Origin: Candidatus Omnitrophota bacterium
GTDB lineage: Bacteria; Omnitrophota; Gorgyraeia; 2-01-FULL-45-10
Direction: 5' to 3'
DNA: 64,000 nucleotides
Assembly (NCBI GenBank): GCA_016935115.1
Contig: JAFGRN010000002.1
Location: forward strand, 3,748 to 67,747
Under the pieces are notes generated by a model. The model ran no database searches. It saw nothing but the letters and a program-made list of their open reading frames with translations, and was not told the DNA's origin. The number at the start of each line of letters is the position of its first letter. Positions within the stretch are counted from its first letter, which is position 1. The position numbers were made by a program, and so were the translations under genes. Below are positions 47,366-56,863 of this stretch, in pieces.

Positions 47366-49381
47366 TTAAATAGCCACCCATTTCGGCCAAAAGTCTCTGA
47401 TACTGCCATCCCTGTACAACATCTGGAGCGAAAGTATGGCATCCTTATTAGCGTACATAAATTCTTTTGCCTTTTTCTTTATGTCACGCTCAAAAATAAC
47501 CCTGTATGAAGACACCCTATAAAAATCTTTCAATAGCAGTGAAGTGTTGAGATTTGCCAGCCATACAGGTATATCGTAATTGAGGCATATTTCTCTTTCG
47601 CTCAAGAGGTTTCCACCGGCAAAGACGGCCTTTACATCCCTTGTCAATAAATACTGTTTCATGTCCGCGAGAATCAGATCTACCCCCTCTTTCATATCAA
47701 TCGCGTTCAATAGCTTTTTGGCCTCGGACAATGCCAGATCAAGCACCGACCTGTAGCTATGGAATAGGACGAGTTGTTTATACTTTCTCAGCAGATTATC
47801 GCCATATTTACCTTCGCAAAGCGCCTTCCAGTTTTCGGGTTCGTCAAAAAATTCCAGGAGCGCCTCTCTCGTAGGAAATAACTCCGCTTTTGTCTCCCGG
47901 ACGAATTCCTGATAGTAAATGTTTATGTCGGAAAATTCGGACAATCTGCGATGAATATCGAAGACCCAGTCCGCCATATCGATGCCATTTTCAATCAAAA
48001 GCCTTTTGAGAGGAATCAGTTCTATTGAAGAGCAGAAAACGGATATTGTAAAGCATAGGCGGCGAAGCTCGATATAATCATCGAATGACATCGTATTGGT
48101 CCCGATGATAACTTCCTCTGTATCAAGTATCTTCTTCCCGTCGATGACACTGAACTGCCGCGGCACCACCCTGTGGCGGATCACATAGCCGTACTTGCGG
48201 GCATTCTCCTCAGACGAAAGCGGCGTCCCCTTAAGCGCCATCAGAGTGTATATGCAAATGTTTTGCACGCCCGATCTTATGACCTTTCTTATTGTTTCGA
48301 GAAAGCTATCCTTGGTCTCCCCCGGAAGGCACAGGATCAATTCGGTTTCGGATGCTTCGCCGGTTTTCCTCAAAATCTCATGCTGAAACGAGATGAAATC
48401 CTCGAACGGGATATTTGTCCTGTTAATATTTTTTAATACTTCCGGCGTCAGTGTCTGTAACGCGATACCCGGATTAAATCGGATGATCGAGGACATCTCC
48501 ACCAGCTTCTTCGGATCCTTTCCGGAATTGAAGTTCATATTCCTGGGCCAGTCGTATTTTTTCTGTGTATCGCGGATTATCCCGGCGATCACGAAGTCCT
48601 CTTTGAAGAGGCTCATGTTAGTATTGGCCAGGTATAACATCACTTCATGTTTCCCGGAGAAGCGCCTGCCGAGATATTCCATATCCCGCCTGAAAATATC
48701 CGGGGAGAGAAAGAGCATGCGCGAGTAATATCTGTCGCTCGTATGGCAAAAGGCGCATGTGAAGGGACAGCCGCGATGGGTCTGTAAAAAAGGATGGGAT
48801 CCGCTGTCGAGAAATTCATCAAAAATCCCATCGGCATAAAGAGATCCCAGGGCATCCAGGGAATTAAGGCGCGGAGGCGGCTCCGGTGAGTCCACTATGT
48901 CGCCGCGGGAAGCATCGTAAGAATACGTACCGGGCCCCGGTTTCCTGCGGATATCGCCGGGCTTCTCCCCTTTCAAAAGGCGCTTCACGGTCTCGGTGAA
49001 TGGAATCTCGCCATCATATGAAACACAAAGATCAATAAAGGCATATTTTTTGAAAAAATTTCTGCGGCCGGATTTAAGCAGGTCGAGATTAGGCCCCCCG
49101 GCTATGACAAGACACCCCGGATCGGCGTCTTTAATCCGCGCGGCTACATGCAGGTTAAGCTCACTGTTCCATGAGTATTGGGCTATACCCAGCACATCGG
49201 GACGCCAGGACTTAAAAGCCTTCAGGGCCTTATCAGTATCTTTGAAAAGCCTGGTATTTACGCTATTCCCCACTGCTTTGTCCAGATATCGCGCGATCGC
49301 CCCCAACCCCAACGGCACTGTGTTGGTGTGTATGCCCCGCGTCGTATGGTTTAAGTCCAACAAAGCTATTTTCATTCCCAT
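47366..49381 (-). CDS. large (671 aa) cobalamin-binding radical SAM enzyme
   Basis: THRGCPFTCAFC and a B12-binding-like N-terminus; third member of the 675-aa paralogue group. Confidence 0.8.
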   Translation of the reverse strand: MGMKIALLDLNHTTRGIHTNTVPLGLGAIARYLDKAVGNSVNTRLFKDTDKALKAFKSWRPDVLGIAQYSWNSELNLHVAARIKDADPGCLVIAGGPNLDLLKSGRRNFFKKYAFIDLCVSYDGEIPFTETVKRLLKGEKPGDIRRKPGPGTYSYDASRGDIVDSPEPPPRLNSLDALGSLYADGIFDEFLDSGSHPFLQTHRGCPFTCAFCHTSDRYYSRMLFLSPDIFRRDMEYLGRRFSGKHEVMLYLANTNMSLFKEDFVIAGIIRDTQKKYDWPRNMNFNSGKDPKKLVEMSSIIRFNPGIALQTLTPEVLKNINRTNIPFEDFISFQHEILRKTGEASETELILCLPGETKDSFLETIRKVIRSGVQNICIYTLMALKGTPLSSEENARKYGYVIRHRVVPRQFSVIDGKKILDTEEVIIGTNTMSFDDYIELRRLCFTISVFCSSIELIPLKRLLIENGIDMADWVFDIHRRLSEFSDINIYYQEFVRETKAELFPTREALLEFFDEPENWKALCEGKYGDNLLRKYKQLVLFHSYRSVLDLALSEAKKLLNAIDMKEGVDLILADMKQYLLTRDVKAVFAGGNLLSEREICLNYDIPVWLANLNTSLLLKDFYRVSSYRVIFERDIKKKAKEFMYANKDAILSLQMLYRDGSIRDFWPKWVAI

Positions 49382-50916
49382 TAGTCCGCCTTAGCGTAAT
49401 CCAGCCGCGGCATTAATTCCACCGCGAGATTCTTTAATATCTTAACGTCGTATATCTGCGTCCAGTGGCGACGATCTTCGGGCAATGACCAGATGTAGCC
49501 ATTTATATCCTCCGCCCGGAGCCTGAACAACCTGCCCTTTTCCGAATCGTATACGTTTATATATGCGTCTACCTTCTCTCCGATGCGGTACTTCCTGTCG
49601 GTCAGGTGACCGCCGGCATATTCAAAGCGCTTATTGAGGGCGCTCGTCACTATCGGCCGATGGAAGAGCAGTCTGTATACACACATCGGAACCCATCCTT
49701 CGGATAAGAACTCTATATTACTCACAGGCCCGTACTTACTGTATTGATTACCGGAGAAATATAAGGTCCTATCCTCTTTATACTCCCGCAGGGCATCATT
49801 ATCCTTCATCGTCAGGATCACTTTTTGCTGATGCAAGCTCCAGCGCTTCCAATGGTCGGAGATCCCGAAGATGGCAAAGATAAGAATAATGCATACCGCG
49901 GCCTTGAGCTTCTTCGGCAGAGGAATTGATATTAAGAGATATGTAACCAATAATGATCCGAAGATCGTCACCCTGTTACCCAGGCCGAAACAGACCTGCG
50001 GATACCGGCCGGTGAACGCGTACATGAGAAAAGATAGAGCCGTCAACATAACCAGGCAGGCGCCCAGCCGCGAATTATAAACGACATTACAGCGCGTTAT
50101 CACCCTATAGCAGACAACCGAAATTATTAAACATAATATGACCGACTGCGCGGACAGCTGGGAAAAAGCGTAGTATACCTTGAGCCACATCGACGGGCCC
50201 AGCGCGGCGTCGGTGAACGTCAATACTTGCAGCGCGTACTGTTTGATGATGCCGGAAACGCTGACCGCCTCAAGAATCCTGGGATGCCCCGCGCTCCGTA
50301 TGGCCGTTAAATAGATGAAGTAAGAGGCATATATTATGTTGGGGACTATGATAACCGCGGCTTTCTTAAAATTTTTGCCGAGGCAGAAGAGCGCAAAGAG
50401 CGCTACAGCTATGGGCGTACTGCCGTATGATATAAATGAGGCCGCAAGCGCCGACAGGAACGCGAAGAAAAGCTTATCGCGATGCGCCAGATAGAAGGCG
50501 TAGAGATACAGGGCAAATGACAGGGTGAGATACTGGTTCATGAACATATACACAGTGGAATCGTGCGAAGGGAAGAATACAAATATGAAAGATGCCAGGA
50601 CGGCGAGCGATTCGTCCATATAGATCCTAAGGAACTGCGCTATCATGTACAGCGCCAGGATGATATAGGCGATCTTTACCGCGTTCACGGCGGCCGCATT
50701 ATCAAAGCTGAAGAAGTAATACGGGAGGTAGTGGCTGTAATACATCACCGGCGTGTCCGCGTAATAGGGACTGTTTACGGGTATCAGTATATTTTTGAGG
50801 CCCGTGATCTTCGAGCTTGTGACGGCATCGAAGTCGTCGGAGAATAGCCCCGTGTTTATGACAAGATAGGCCGTCAATATGAAGAACAACAGATACATCA
50901 GCTGTATTTTTTTCAT
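49381..50916 (-). CDS. polytopic membrane protein, putative GT-C-fold glycosyltransferase or polymerase
   Basis: About 10-12 predicted hydrophobic helices, an acidic SDDFD motif after the first helix (resembling the GT-C first-loop motif), and a soluble C-terminal domain of about 130 aa. Confidence 0.45.
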   Translation of the reverse strand: MKKIQLMYLLFFILTAYLVINTGLFSDDFDAVTSSKITGLKNILIPVNSPYYADTPVMYYSHYLPYYFFSFDNAAAVNAVKIAYIILALYMIAQFLRIYMDESLAVLASFIFVFFPSHDSTVYMFMNQYLTLSFALYLYAFYLAHRDKLFFAFLSALAASFISYGSTPIAVALFALFCLGKNFKKAAVIIVPNIIYASYFIYLTAIRSAGHPRILEAVSVSGIIKQYALQVLTFTDAALGPSMWLKVYYAFSQLSAQSVILCLIISVVCYRVITRCNVVYNSRLGACLVMLTALSFLMYAFTGRYPQVCFGLGNRVTIFGSLLVTYLLISIPLPKKLKAAVCIILIFAIFGISDHWKRWSLHQQKVILTMKDNDALREYKEDRTLYFSGNQYSKYGPVSNIEFLSEGWVPMCVYRLLFHRPIVTSALNKRFEYAGGHLTDRKYRIGEKVDAYINVYDSEKGRLFRLRAEDINGYIWSLPEDRRHWTQIYDVKILKNLAVELMPRLDYAKAD

Positions 50917-50933
50917 ATTTTAAAACCCTGCCG

Positions 50934-52505
50934 TCAATCCTGCCTGCCGCGGGTGATCAGGTTCCTCAAAAAAGGAAATGCGTGACAGATACTGGTCACG
51001 GGATCCGCGGTAAGATACAGGAATTTCATGATCCTGACCGGATTATAACCATGGCTCCTGACGATCATGAACAGAAAGTTCTTTGCGTTCATGATGGATC
51101 CGTAAAATGTCAACAAAGGCATCGCGCACCTGACCGGCAGGCTATTCTCGCGCCTGACAAGAAATCGCACGAACGCCGCGGGAATGTGCGGGGTTATGAA
51201 TATGATATTGTTAAGAAATTTCTTATCGCCGCGCGACTCGATGGTCGCCTGCGTCTTGTAAAGATCGCACTCCGTTATCACGCCCTCTTTAAGGGCCCGC
51301 GCCGTGATCTCGGTGCCGGGATAAAACCTGAAGCCGTATAATTCGAGAAGAAACGGTTTCGGCAGGGATGCGAGCGTTTCGACGGTCTCAACTATGTCGT
51401 TCCGGAATTCATACGGATTATCGAGCATGACATCGATGATCGGCATCATGCGAAGGCCGCTGAGCCTGCGCGAGGTCTCGACGAACGTCGATATCTTCAC
51501 GGGCCTTTTATAGACTTCGCTCAGGACGCGATAGCTTCCCGACTGCAAGCCTATGCCGGCCGCTATGACGGATAGCTGGGACAGAAGCCGGTACTTGTCA
51601 TCATTGGCGCTGCCCGGTATCATGCGAAACATTAGCGGCAGTTTGATATCACGAAGGTAACGCGGCACGAAATCCTGGAACCACGACAGCGGGCGCGATG
51701 TGAAGCTGTCGTCGTGAAAATTGATAAAACGGATGGTCGGGCGCGAGGAGACGGCTGCAATCAGCTCCTTCATGACATGATCTACGCTGCGCAGGCGCAC
51801 TCTCTTCCACTCATTGCCATAAAGGTTCTTATTGATGTTGTCAGCGCAATAAGTGCATTCCAGGGGACAGCCGCGGGAAGTCGTTATGTCGTACCCGTTA
51901 CCGTTATAACGCTGAAACCTGCCGACATCGGCCGCGCGTATCGGGGCAAACCGCCCTGCGCCGTAAAAGAACGCGGATTCATCCATAACCGGCAGGACGG
52001 CGAGAGAGTCCATGTCGCGGAATAATGGAGCCGCGGCACGGGGCCGGGCGGAACCGGCTGCGGTTACGATGCCCGGCACGTCCATGTTTTCGAGCGAGCC
52101 CTTCTGCTCATAGCATTTCAGGAACTCTGCAAATGATATCTCCCCCTCGCCCAGGCAGACCGCGTCAAAAAATTCCAGGGAGCTTTCGGGAAATGCCGTA
52201 ACGTGGATGCCGCCGCCGGCCAGTACAACACGGGGATCGATTCTTTTAATATCGCCGCATATGCGCCTTACCAGAGCCGACTGGTAGGACATGAAGCTGA
52301 TCCCCACCACATCCGGGTTATTCTTCCTCAGGAACGATGGGAGAGCCTCCGCGAACTTCAGATATCGCGACTCTTCCGTAATCTCGCTTCGGAGATTCGG
52401 ATATACCAGAATTGCGCGATGGCCCGCTTTCAATGTTTCGTAGAAAACGTATCGTATCCCGAAGGTGCACAGGTTTTCCTGCATTGATATGAGTATAACG
52501 TTCAT
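50934..52505 (-). CDS. cobalamin-binding (class B) radical SAM enzyme, 523 aa
   Basis: MNVILISMQE… B12-binding-like N-terminus and SRGCPLECTYC. Confidence 0.8.
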   Translation of the reverse strand: MNVILISMQENLCTFGIRYVFYETLKAGHRAILVYPNLRSEITEESRYLKFAEALPSFLRKNNPDVVGISFMSYQSALVRRICGDIKRIDPRVVLAGGGIHVTAFPESSLEFFDAVCLGEGEISFAEFLKCYEQKGSLENMDVPGIVTAAGSARPRAAAPLFRDMDSLAVLPVMDESAFFYGAGRFAPIRAADVGRFQRYNGNGYDITTSRGCPLECTYCADNINKNLYGNEWKRVRLRSVDHVMKELIAAVSSRPTIRFINFHDDSFTSRPLSWFQDFVPRYLRDIKLPLMFRMIPGSANDDKYRLLSQLSVIAAGIGLQSGSYRVLSEVYKRPVKISTFVETSRRLSGLRMMPIIDVMLDNPYEFRNDIVETVETLASLPKPFLLELYGFRFYPGTEITARALKEGVITECDLYKTQATIESRGDKKFLNNIIFITPHIPAAFVRFLVRRENSLPVRCAMPLLTFYGSIMNAKNFLFMIVRSHGYNPVRIMKFLYLTADPVTSICHAFPFLRNLITRGRQD

Positions 52506-52527
52506 CTCTGTGGCATTCTCGCTTTCA

Positions 52528-53295
52528 TTACGGCCTTATATCTTTTCTCCCCACGGCGAGTATCGAAACACCGAAAGGAAAGCCGCCGAAGATCTTTATC
52601 GCCGCCAGCTCGCATGACATGGCGAATTTAAGGAGTCCGTTAACGACAGGAGGCGGAGCGCCCAGTTCATCCGACGCTTTCTTCGACCGGAAGAGACCGG
52701 CGCGCTGAAGCATTGACGATAATAATAACGGCAGAAAACTTATGCTGTTAAAATATGTGATCCTCGCGACATTGAACCCCGCGGCCTTCATAATATCGCG
52801 GATCTCCGGTACCGTATACCTGCGCTTGCCCATACAGATCCTGTCATTGTCGCGATACAGGAACTTGTAAGCAGGTTCATTTATTACTACAAACCCTCCG
52901 GGCCTGACCAGGCTAAACGCTTCTTTCAAAACCCGCGTATCGTCCAGGATCCATTCGTGGTACAGGACGTTGAAGAACGTCACTATATCGAATTGCTCGC
53001 CGGCAAATGTCTTATCGAGATCATTTGCCGAGCCTATCCTGATCCTGGCGGAGGGATGTTTCCTGAGGCAGATGCCGGCCGCGTGAGCCGAGATCTCAAG
53101 CCCGGTTACGGCGCCATATTTTCTAAGGGTCTCCAGCATTCCGCCCGTACCGCATCCGACATCCAGGATGCCGGCCTGATGGCAGGGTCCGCGCCTTATG
53201 CTGTCCATATAATACTCTACGAGTTTTCTGCGGCCGGTGTGATACCAGTGGGTATCCTCTACGCGAGCCAGATCATCATACGCCTGATTATCCAA
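52528..53295 (-). CDS. class I SAM-dependent methyltransferase
   Basis: Motif I ILDVGCGTGGM, 255 aa. Confidence 0.65.
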   Translation of the reverse strand: MDNQAYDDLARVEDTHWYHTGRRKLVEYYMDSIRRGPCHQAGILDVGCGTGGMLETLRKYGAVTGLEISAHAAGICLRKHPSARIRIGSANDLDKTFAGEQFDIVTFFNVLYHEWILDDTRVLKEAFSLVRPGGFVVINEPAYKFLYRDNDRICMGKRRYTVPEIRDIMKAAGFNVARITYFNSISFLPLLLSSMLQRAGLFRSKKASDELGAPPPVVNGLLKFAMSCELAAIKIFGGFPFGVSILAVGRKDIRP

Positions 53296-53297
53296 TA

Positions 53298-55898
53298 TTA
53301 AACCCTCTGAGCGGCATAATGTTTCGCCGCGTCCCTCGGAAGCATCGATATCATCTCCCTGTCCGCCGCCAGGCCCTTCAACAGCTCTTTATACATCCTC
53401 ACCATAAGATCGTTTCCGCCATAGTATGGATCGGGATGCGTGACCACGGTAACACATCCCATGTCGTCTTTGATGCGCGATATTTTAGACTTCCAGAAAG
53501 CGTTGAGATCCTCCGGTTTCACCCCGCATTGGACCGGAAATTCGTAAGGCAACGTCGTCGGCAGCTCCACAAGGGAGCCTATCATGTAGGGAAATACTGA
53601 ACAGCATCCTCCGACGCCGGCGGGCGATATGTAATCCACATCCAGGACGCTGCAATCGTAAGAAAAATAATCCTGCAATACTCTGAAGAGGCATCCGCTC
53701 CGCAGCCAGGATGGCGACCTGAAACCCGCCATCTTATAAGCCCCGATGATATCCTTGCACGCGTCCATTCTTCTTCTTATATGCGCTTCGCTTAAAAACG
53801 CCAATTTGTTATCGTGATTATACCCGTGGAGGCCTATCTCGAATCCGTTCCGCGCCAGCCAATCCAGCACGGAATAGTCTATCCTGTAAAGCCTGGGGAC
53901 GACATTCCACGACGACCTGAAACCATACTCCATCTCCGCTTCGGCGATCGCCTTCACCCACTTCCAGTTGTTGCCATTTTCTATGTCGTGGGTAAGTATG
54001 AGGGCGCACTTTTTATCTCCCGGCCATGATACTCTCCCCGTATACCTGAGGCAATCTTCCGGAAGGCTCTTAGAGGACGCTCTACGCAACCGTTCCAGGG
54101 AGCCTTCGTAGGGCCACAACGGAAATGACGAGGATGGCGGAGAACCGCGCCTGAAGAGTTTCTGCCCATAGTACCTCACGGGAGCCGGGATCTTCTGGTA
54201 GTTAAAAGGGACGGATGTGTATAAAGGCCTTTTGAGATCCGCGTACTTTTCATATATAACATTCTCAAAAATCTTTCCGGCATACAAATTGTAAAGGGAG
54301 TCGACAGGGCCGGACCCGGAAGCTTCCCCGCGAAGATCGTAATAACCGGATAGTTTGTCCAGATCATCCTTAACGGCATCGTATCCGGGCGAACTACCCT
54401 TCCTGACCCTGCCTATGGCCACTTTCAACGCCACGTAGAAGAACCTCATATTCAGGAAGAAAACAAGCCGCGCCATATTCCACATCTTCGCGGGCGAAAG
54501 ATACCACTTCCCGGACATCTTTATAACATTGCCTCCGGCGAATGAGGATTTAAGAATCCGCTTTATGCCCTTCACGCTGAGATAGAACGACAGATTAGCG
54601 TACATAGTGTCAAACATAAGCCCATACCGGTCATTGCCCTTCGGGACATACGGCAGGTCATCGCCTTCCCACATATACTGGACCGCAAAATTTTCCCAAT
54701 CCTTCTTAATGACCACTTCACCCCGGCTCTTCAGCATCTCGTAGACTGGCGTGCCGGGATAAGGCGTGAGAGTATTGAATCTCGTGCTTGCAAGCGGCAT
54801 ATCGTTTGCCAGTTTTATGGCGTCCCGGCGGTCCCTGGCGGTCTCTCCCGGAAGGCCGAAGATGATGGTAGTGGCGGCGGCTATGCCCTTATCGTTCGTC
54901 ATCCTCACCGCGTCCACGACCTGCTTTACCGTCTCGCCTTTCCCTATCAGGCTCATGAGAGACTCCGAGCCGGTCTCCATCCCAAAGGCTATCATCCTGA
55001 AATTCGCCGCTTTCGCTTTATCGAGGATGGCTTCGCTGATATTATCCGCCCTCATGGAACCGTGAAAAGAGACATCTCCGGGAAAGCCCGCGGCTATTAT
55101 TGAATCCAGGATCTCCATAAAGCGCCGGCTATGGCCCGCGATGTTGTCGTCCATCAGCCATATGGTCTTCTGTCCGTACTTTTCTACGAGCGCCTTTATC
55201 TCGGAGACGACCCTCCCGACGCTGAAATACCTGTACCTCTTGCCCGATATGCTGCGGGATGAGCAGAATATGCAGTTATAAGGACAGCCCCTCGAAGTGA
55301 ATATGCCGCCGAATGAGGGGTATCGGTCCTTATCCTTCTCAAAAAGATGATATGGAAACGGCGGTATGTCGTCGAGATTTTCTATGACAGGCCTGTCGGG
55401 ATTATGGACAAACCCGTTCTTGCCTTTGAAGGATATGCCGGGAATATTTTTTGGATCATCGCCGCTCATAACCAGCCGCGACAGCTCCTCGAACGTCTTC
55501 TCCCCCTCACCCCTCACGACCATATCTATTCCGGGGCTGCTGAGAGCCTCTTCGGGAAGCACTGTGGGATGTATCCCCCCAGCCACCACCAGGCATTCCG
55601 GATCCACGCCCTTTATCTTCTCGCCGAGCTCGTAGGCTCTCTTGGAATTTATGGTCAATACGCTAAGCCCGACAATACGCGGCTTCTCCAGGGAGAGGAT
55701 AATGCCGGGCAGGCCCCTATCCTTAATGAAATCCAGCTGTTCATCTATTATGCGGACCGGGCCTATGCCGCGCGCGCCCAGAAATCCCGCGAGGGCGCCG
55801 AGGCTTGTGGGGAACGTGGTATTTATGACCGCATTTACGATCTTGTTCTGCGACGAGGAATTGATGGCCGGGTTAATCAGCAGGATATTTTTGCCCAT
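53298..55898 (-). CDS. fusion protein of a cobalamin-binding radical SAM enzyme and a polysaccharide deacetylase (CE4/NodB-like) domain, 866 aa
   Basis: B12-binding-like N-terminus, SRGCPYNCIFC, then a C-terminal region of about 240 aa with deacetylase-like motifs (LTHDIEN…GLHGYNHD). Confidence 0.7.
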   Translation of the reverse strand: MGKNILLINPAINSSSQNKIVNAVINTTFPTSLGALAGFLGARGIGPVRIIDEQLDFIKDRGLPGIILSLEKPRIVGLSVLTINSKRAYELGEKIKGVDPECLVVAGGIHPTVLPEEALSSPGIDMVVRGEGEKTFEELSRLVMSGDDPKNIPGISFKGKNGFVHNPDRPVIENLDDIPPFPYHLFEKDKDRYPSFGGIFTSRGCPYNCIFCSSRSISGKRYRYFSVGRVVSEIKALVEKYGQKTIWLMDDNIAGHSRRFMEILDSIIAAGFPGDVSFHGSMRADNISEAILDKAKAANFRMIAFGMETGSESLMSLIGKGETVKQVVDAVRMTNDKGIAAATTIIFGLPGETARDRRDAIKLANDMPLASTRFNTLTPYPGTPVYEMLKSRGEVVIKKDWENFAVQYMWEGDDLPYVPKGNDRYGLMFDTMYANLSFYLSVKGIKRILKSSFAGGNVIKMSGKWYLSPAKMWNMARLVFFLNMRFFYVALKVAIGRVRKGSSPGYDAVKDDLDKLSGYYDLRGEASGSGPVDSLYNLYAGKIFENVIYEKYADLKRPLYTSVPFNYQKIPAPVRYYGQKLFRRGSPPSSSFPLWPYEGSLERLRRASSKSLPEDCLRYTGRVSWPGDKKCALILTHDIENGNNWKWVKAIAEAEMEYGFRSSWNVVPRLYRIDYSVLDWLARNGFEIGLHGYNHDNKLAFLSEAHIRRRMDACKDIIGAYKMAGFRSPSWLRSGCLFRVLQDYFSYDCSVLDVDYISPAGVGGCCSVFPYMIGSLVELPTTLPYEFPVQCGVKPEDLNAFWKSKISRIKDDMGCVTVVTHPDPYYGGNDLMVRMYKELLKGLAADREMISMLPRDAAKHYAAQRV

Positions 55899-55918
55899 AT
55901 GTTTGCCGAAGCATCACC

Positions 55919-56863
55919 TCAATCGGTTTCAGCGTTCGTCGTGGAAGCCTCGATAAAATAAAGCGGGCGTTTTCTGGATTCATCCAGATTGCGCCACAGG
56001 TATTCGCCTATTATGCCGAGCATCATCATCTGGACTCCGCCCAGTATAAATATAGCGACCATGATGGAGGACCATCCCGGGCTCGGACTGCCGACCATAT
56101 AGTTTATTACAAGGTACAGGCCGTATATGAAACCGAATACCGCAATGAACATGCCTATCGCCGACATAATCTTCAGGGGAAGCCCCGAGAACGCTATTAT
56201 CCAGTCCTTGGCCAGGCGGACGCGCCGCCTGAAGCTCCACTTTGTCTTTCCCGCTGCGCGCGGCCTCCTGTCGTATTCGACGAAATCGCTTCCGAAGCCG
56301 AGCCAGCCGATAAGCCCGAAGAGGGATGTATTCTTTTCAGAACACGCGTTTATGGATTTAACCACCCTGCTATCCAGAAGGAAAAAGTCGGCACGGGAGA
56401 AGTCTATCCCCCTCTCCTGGCTCTCCCCCAGGAAGGAGAGCGCATAGTAAAATAATTGCGCAAATTTACGGATATGCCAGTTCTCGGATCTCCTGTCTCT
56501 TCTGAGGGCCCAGACTATCTTTGCCCCGGCCTTCCACTTCCCCGCCATCTCCGCCAGCACGCCGGGATCCTCCTGCCCGTCGGCCGATATGCACAGAGTG
56601 GCGTCCCCGCGCGAGTGCCTCAGCCCCGCGCGTATGGCGGTATGGCTGCCGCCGCGCCTGCTAAGCCGGATGCTGTTTATATTCTTTTCTCCCATGCCCT
56701 TCACCAATTCGAAAGTGCTGTCCTCCGAGTGGTCATCGACCACGATGAACTCACACTCCTTTACGCCGGACCGGGAAACCGCTTCCCTTATATCACGGAT
56801 GGTCCTCTCTATGCTATTCGCTTCATTGTAAGCCGGAATCACTATCGATAGTTTCATATTCAC
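55919..56863 (-). CDS. polyprenyl-phosphate glycosyltransferase, GT2 (ArnC/GtrB/DPM1-like) with C-terminal TM helices
   Basis: LSIVIPAYNEANSI…VVDDHSEDST…SADGQED, with C-terminal hydrophobic helices and a GEYLWRN…RPLY tail. Confidence 0.7.
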   Translation of the reverse strand: MNMKLSIVIPAYNEANSIERTIRDIREAVSRSGVKECEFIVVDDHSEDSTFELVKGMGEKNINSIRLSRRGGSHTAIRAGLRHSRGDATLCISADGQEDPGVLAEMAGKWKAGAKIVWALRRDRRSENWHIRKFAQLFYYALSFLGESQERGIDFSRADFFLLDSRVVKSINACSEKNTSLFGLIGWLGFGSDFVEYDRRPRAAGKTKWSFRRRVRLAKDWIIAFSGLPLKIMSAIGMFIAVFGFIYGLYLVINYMVGSPSPGWSSIMVAIFILGGVQMMMLGIIGEYLWRNLDESRKRPLYFIEASTTNAETD

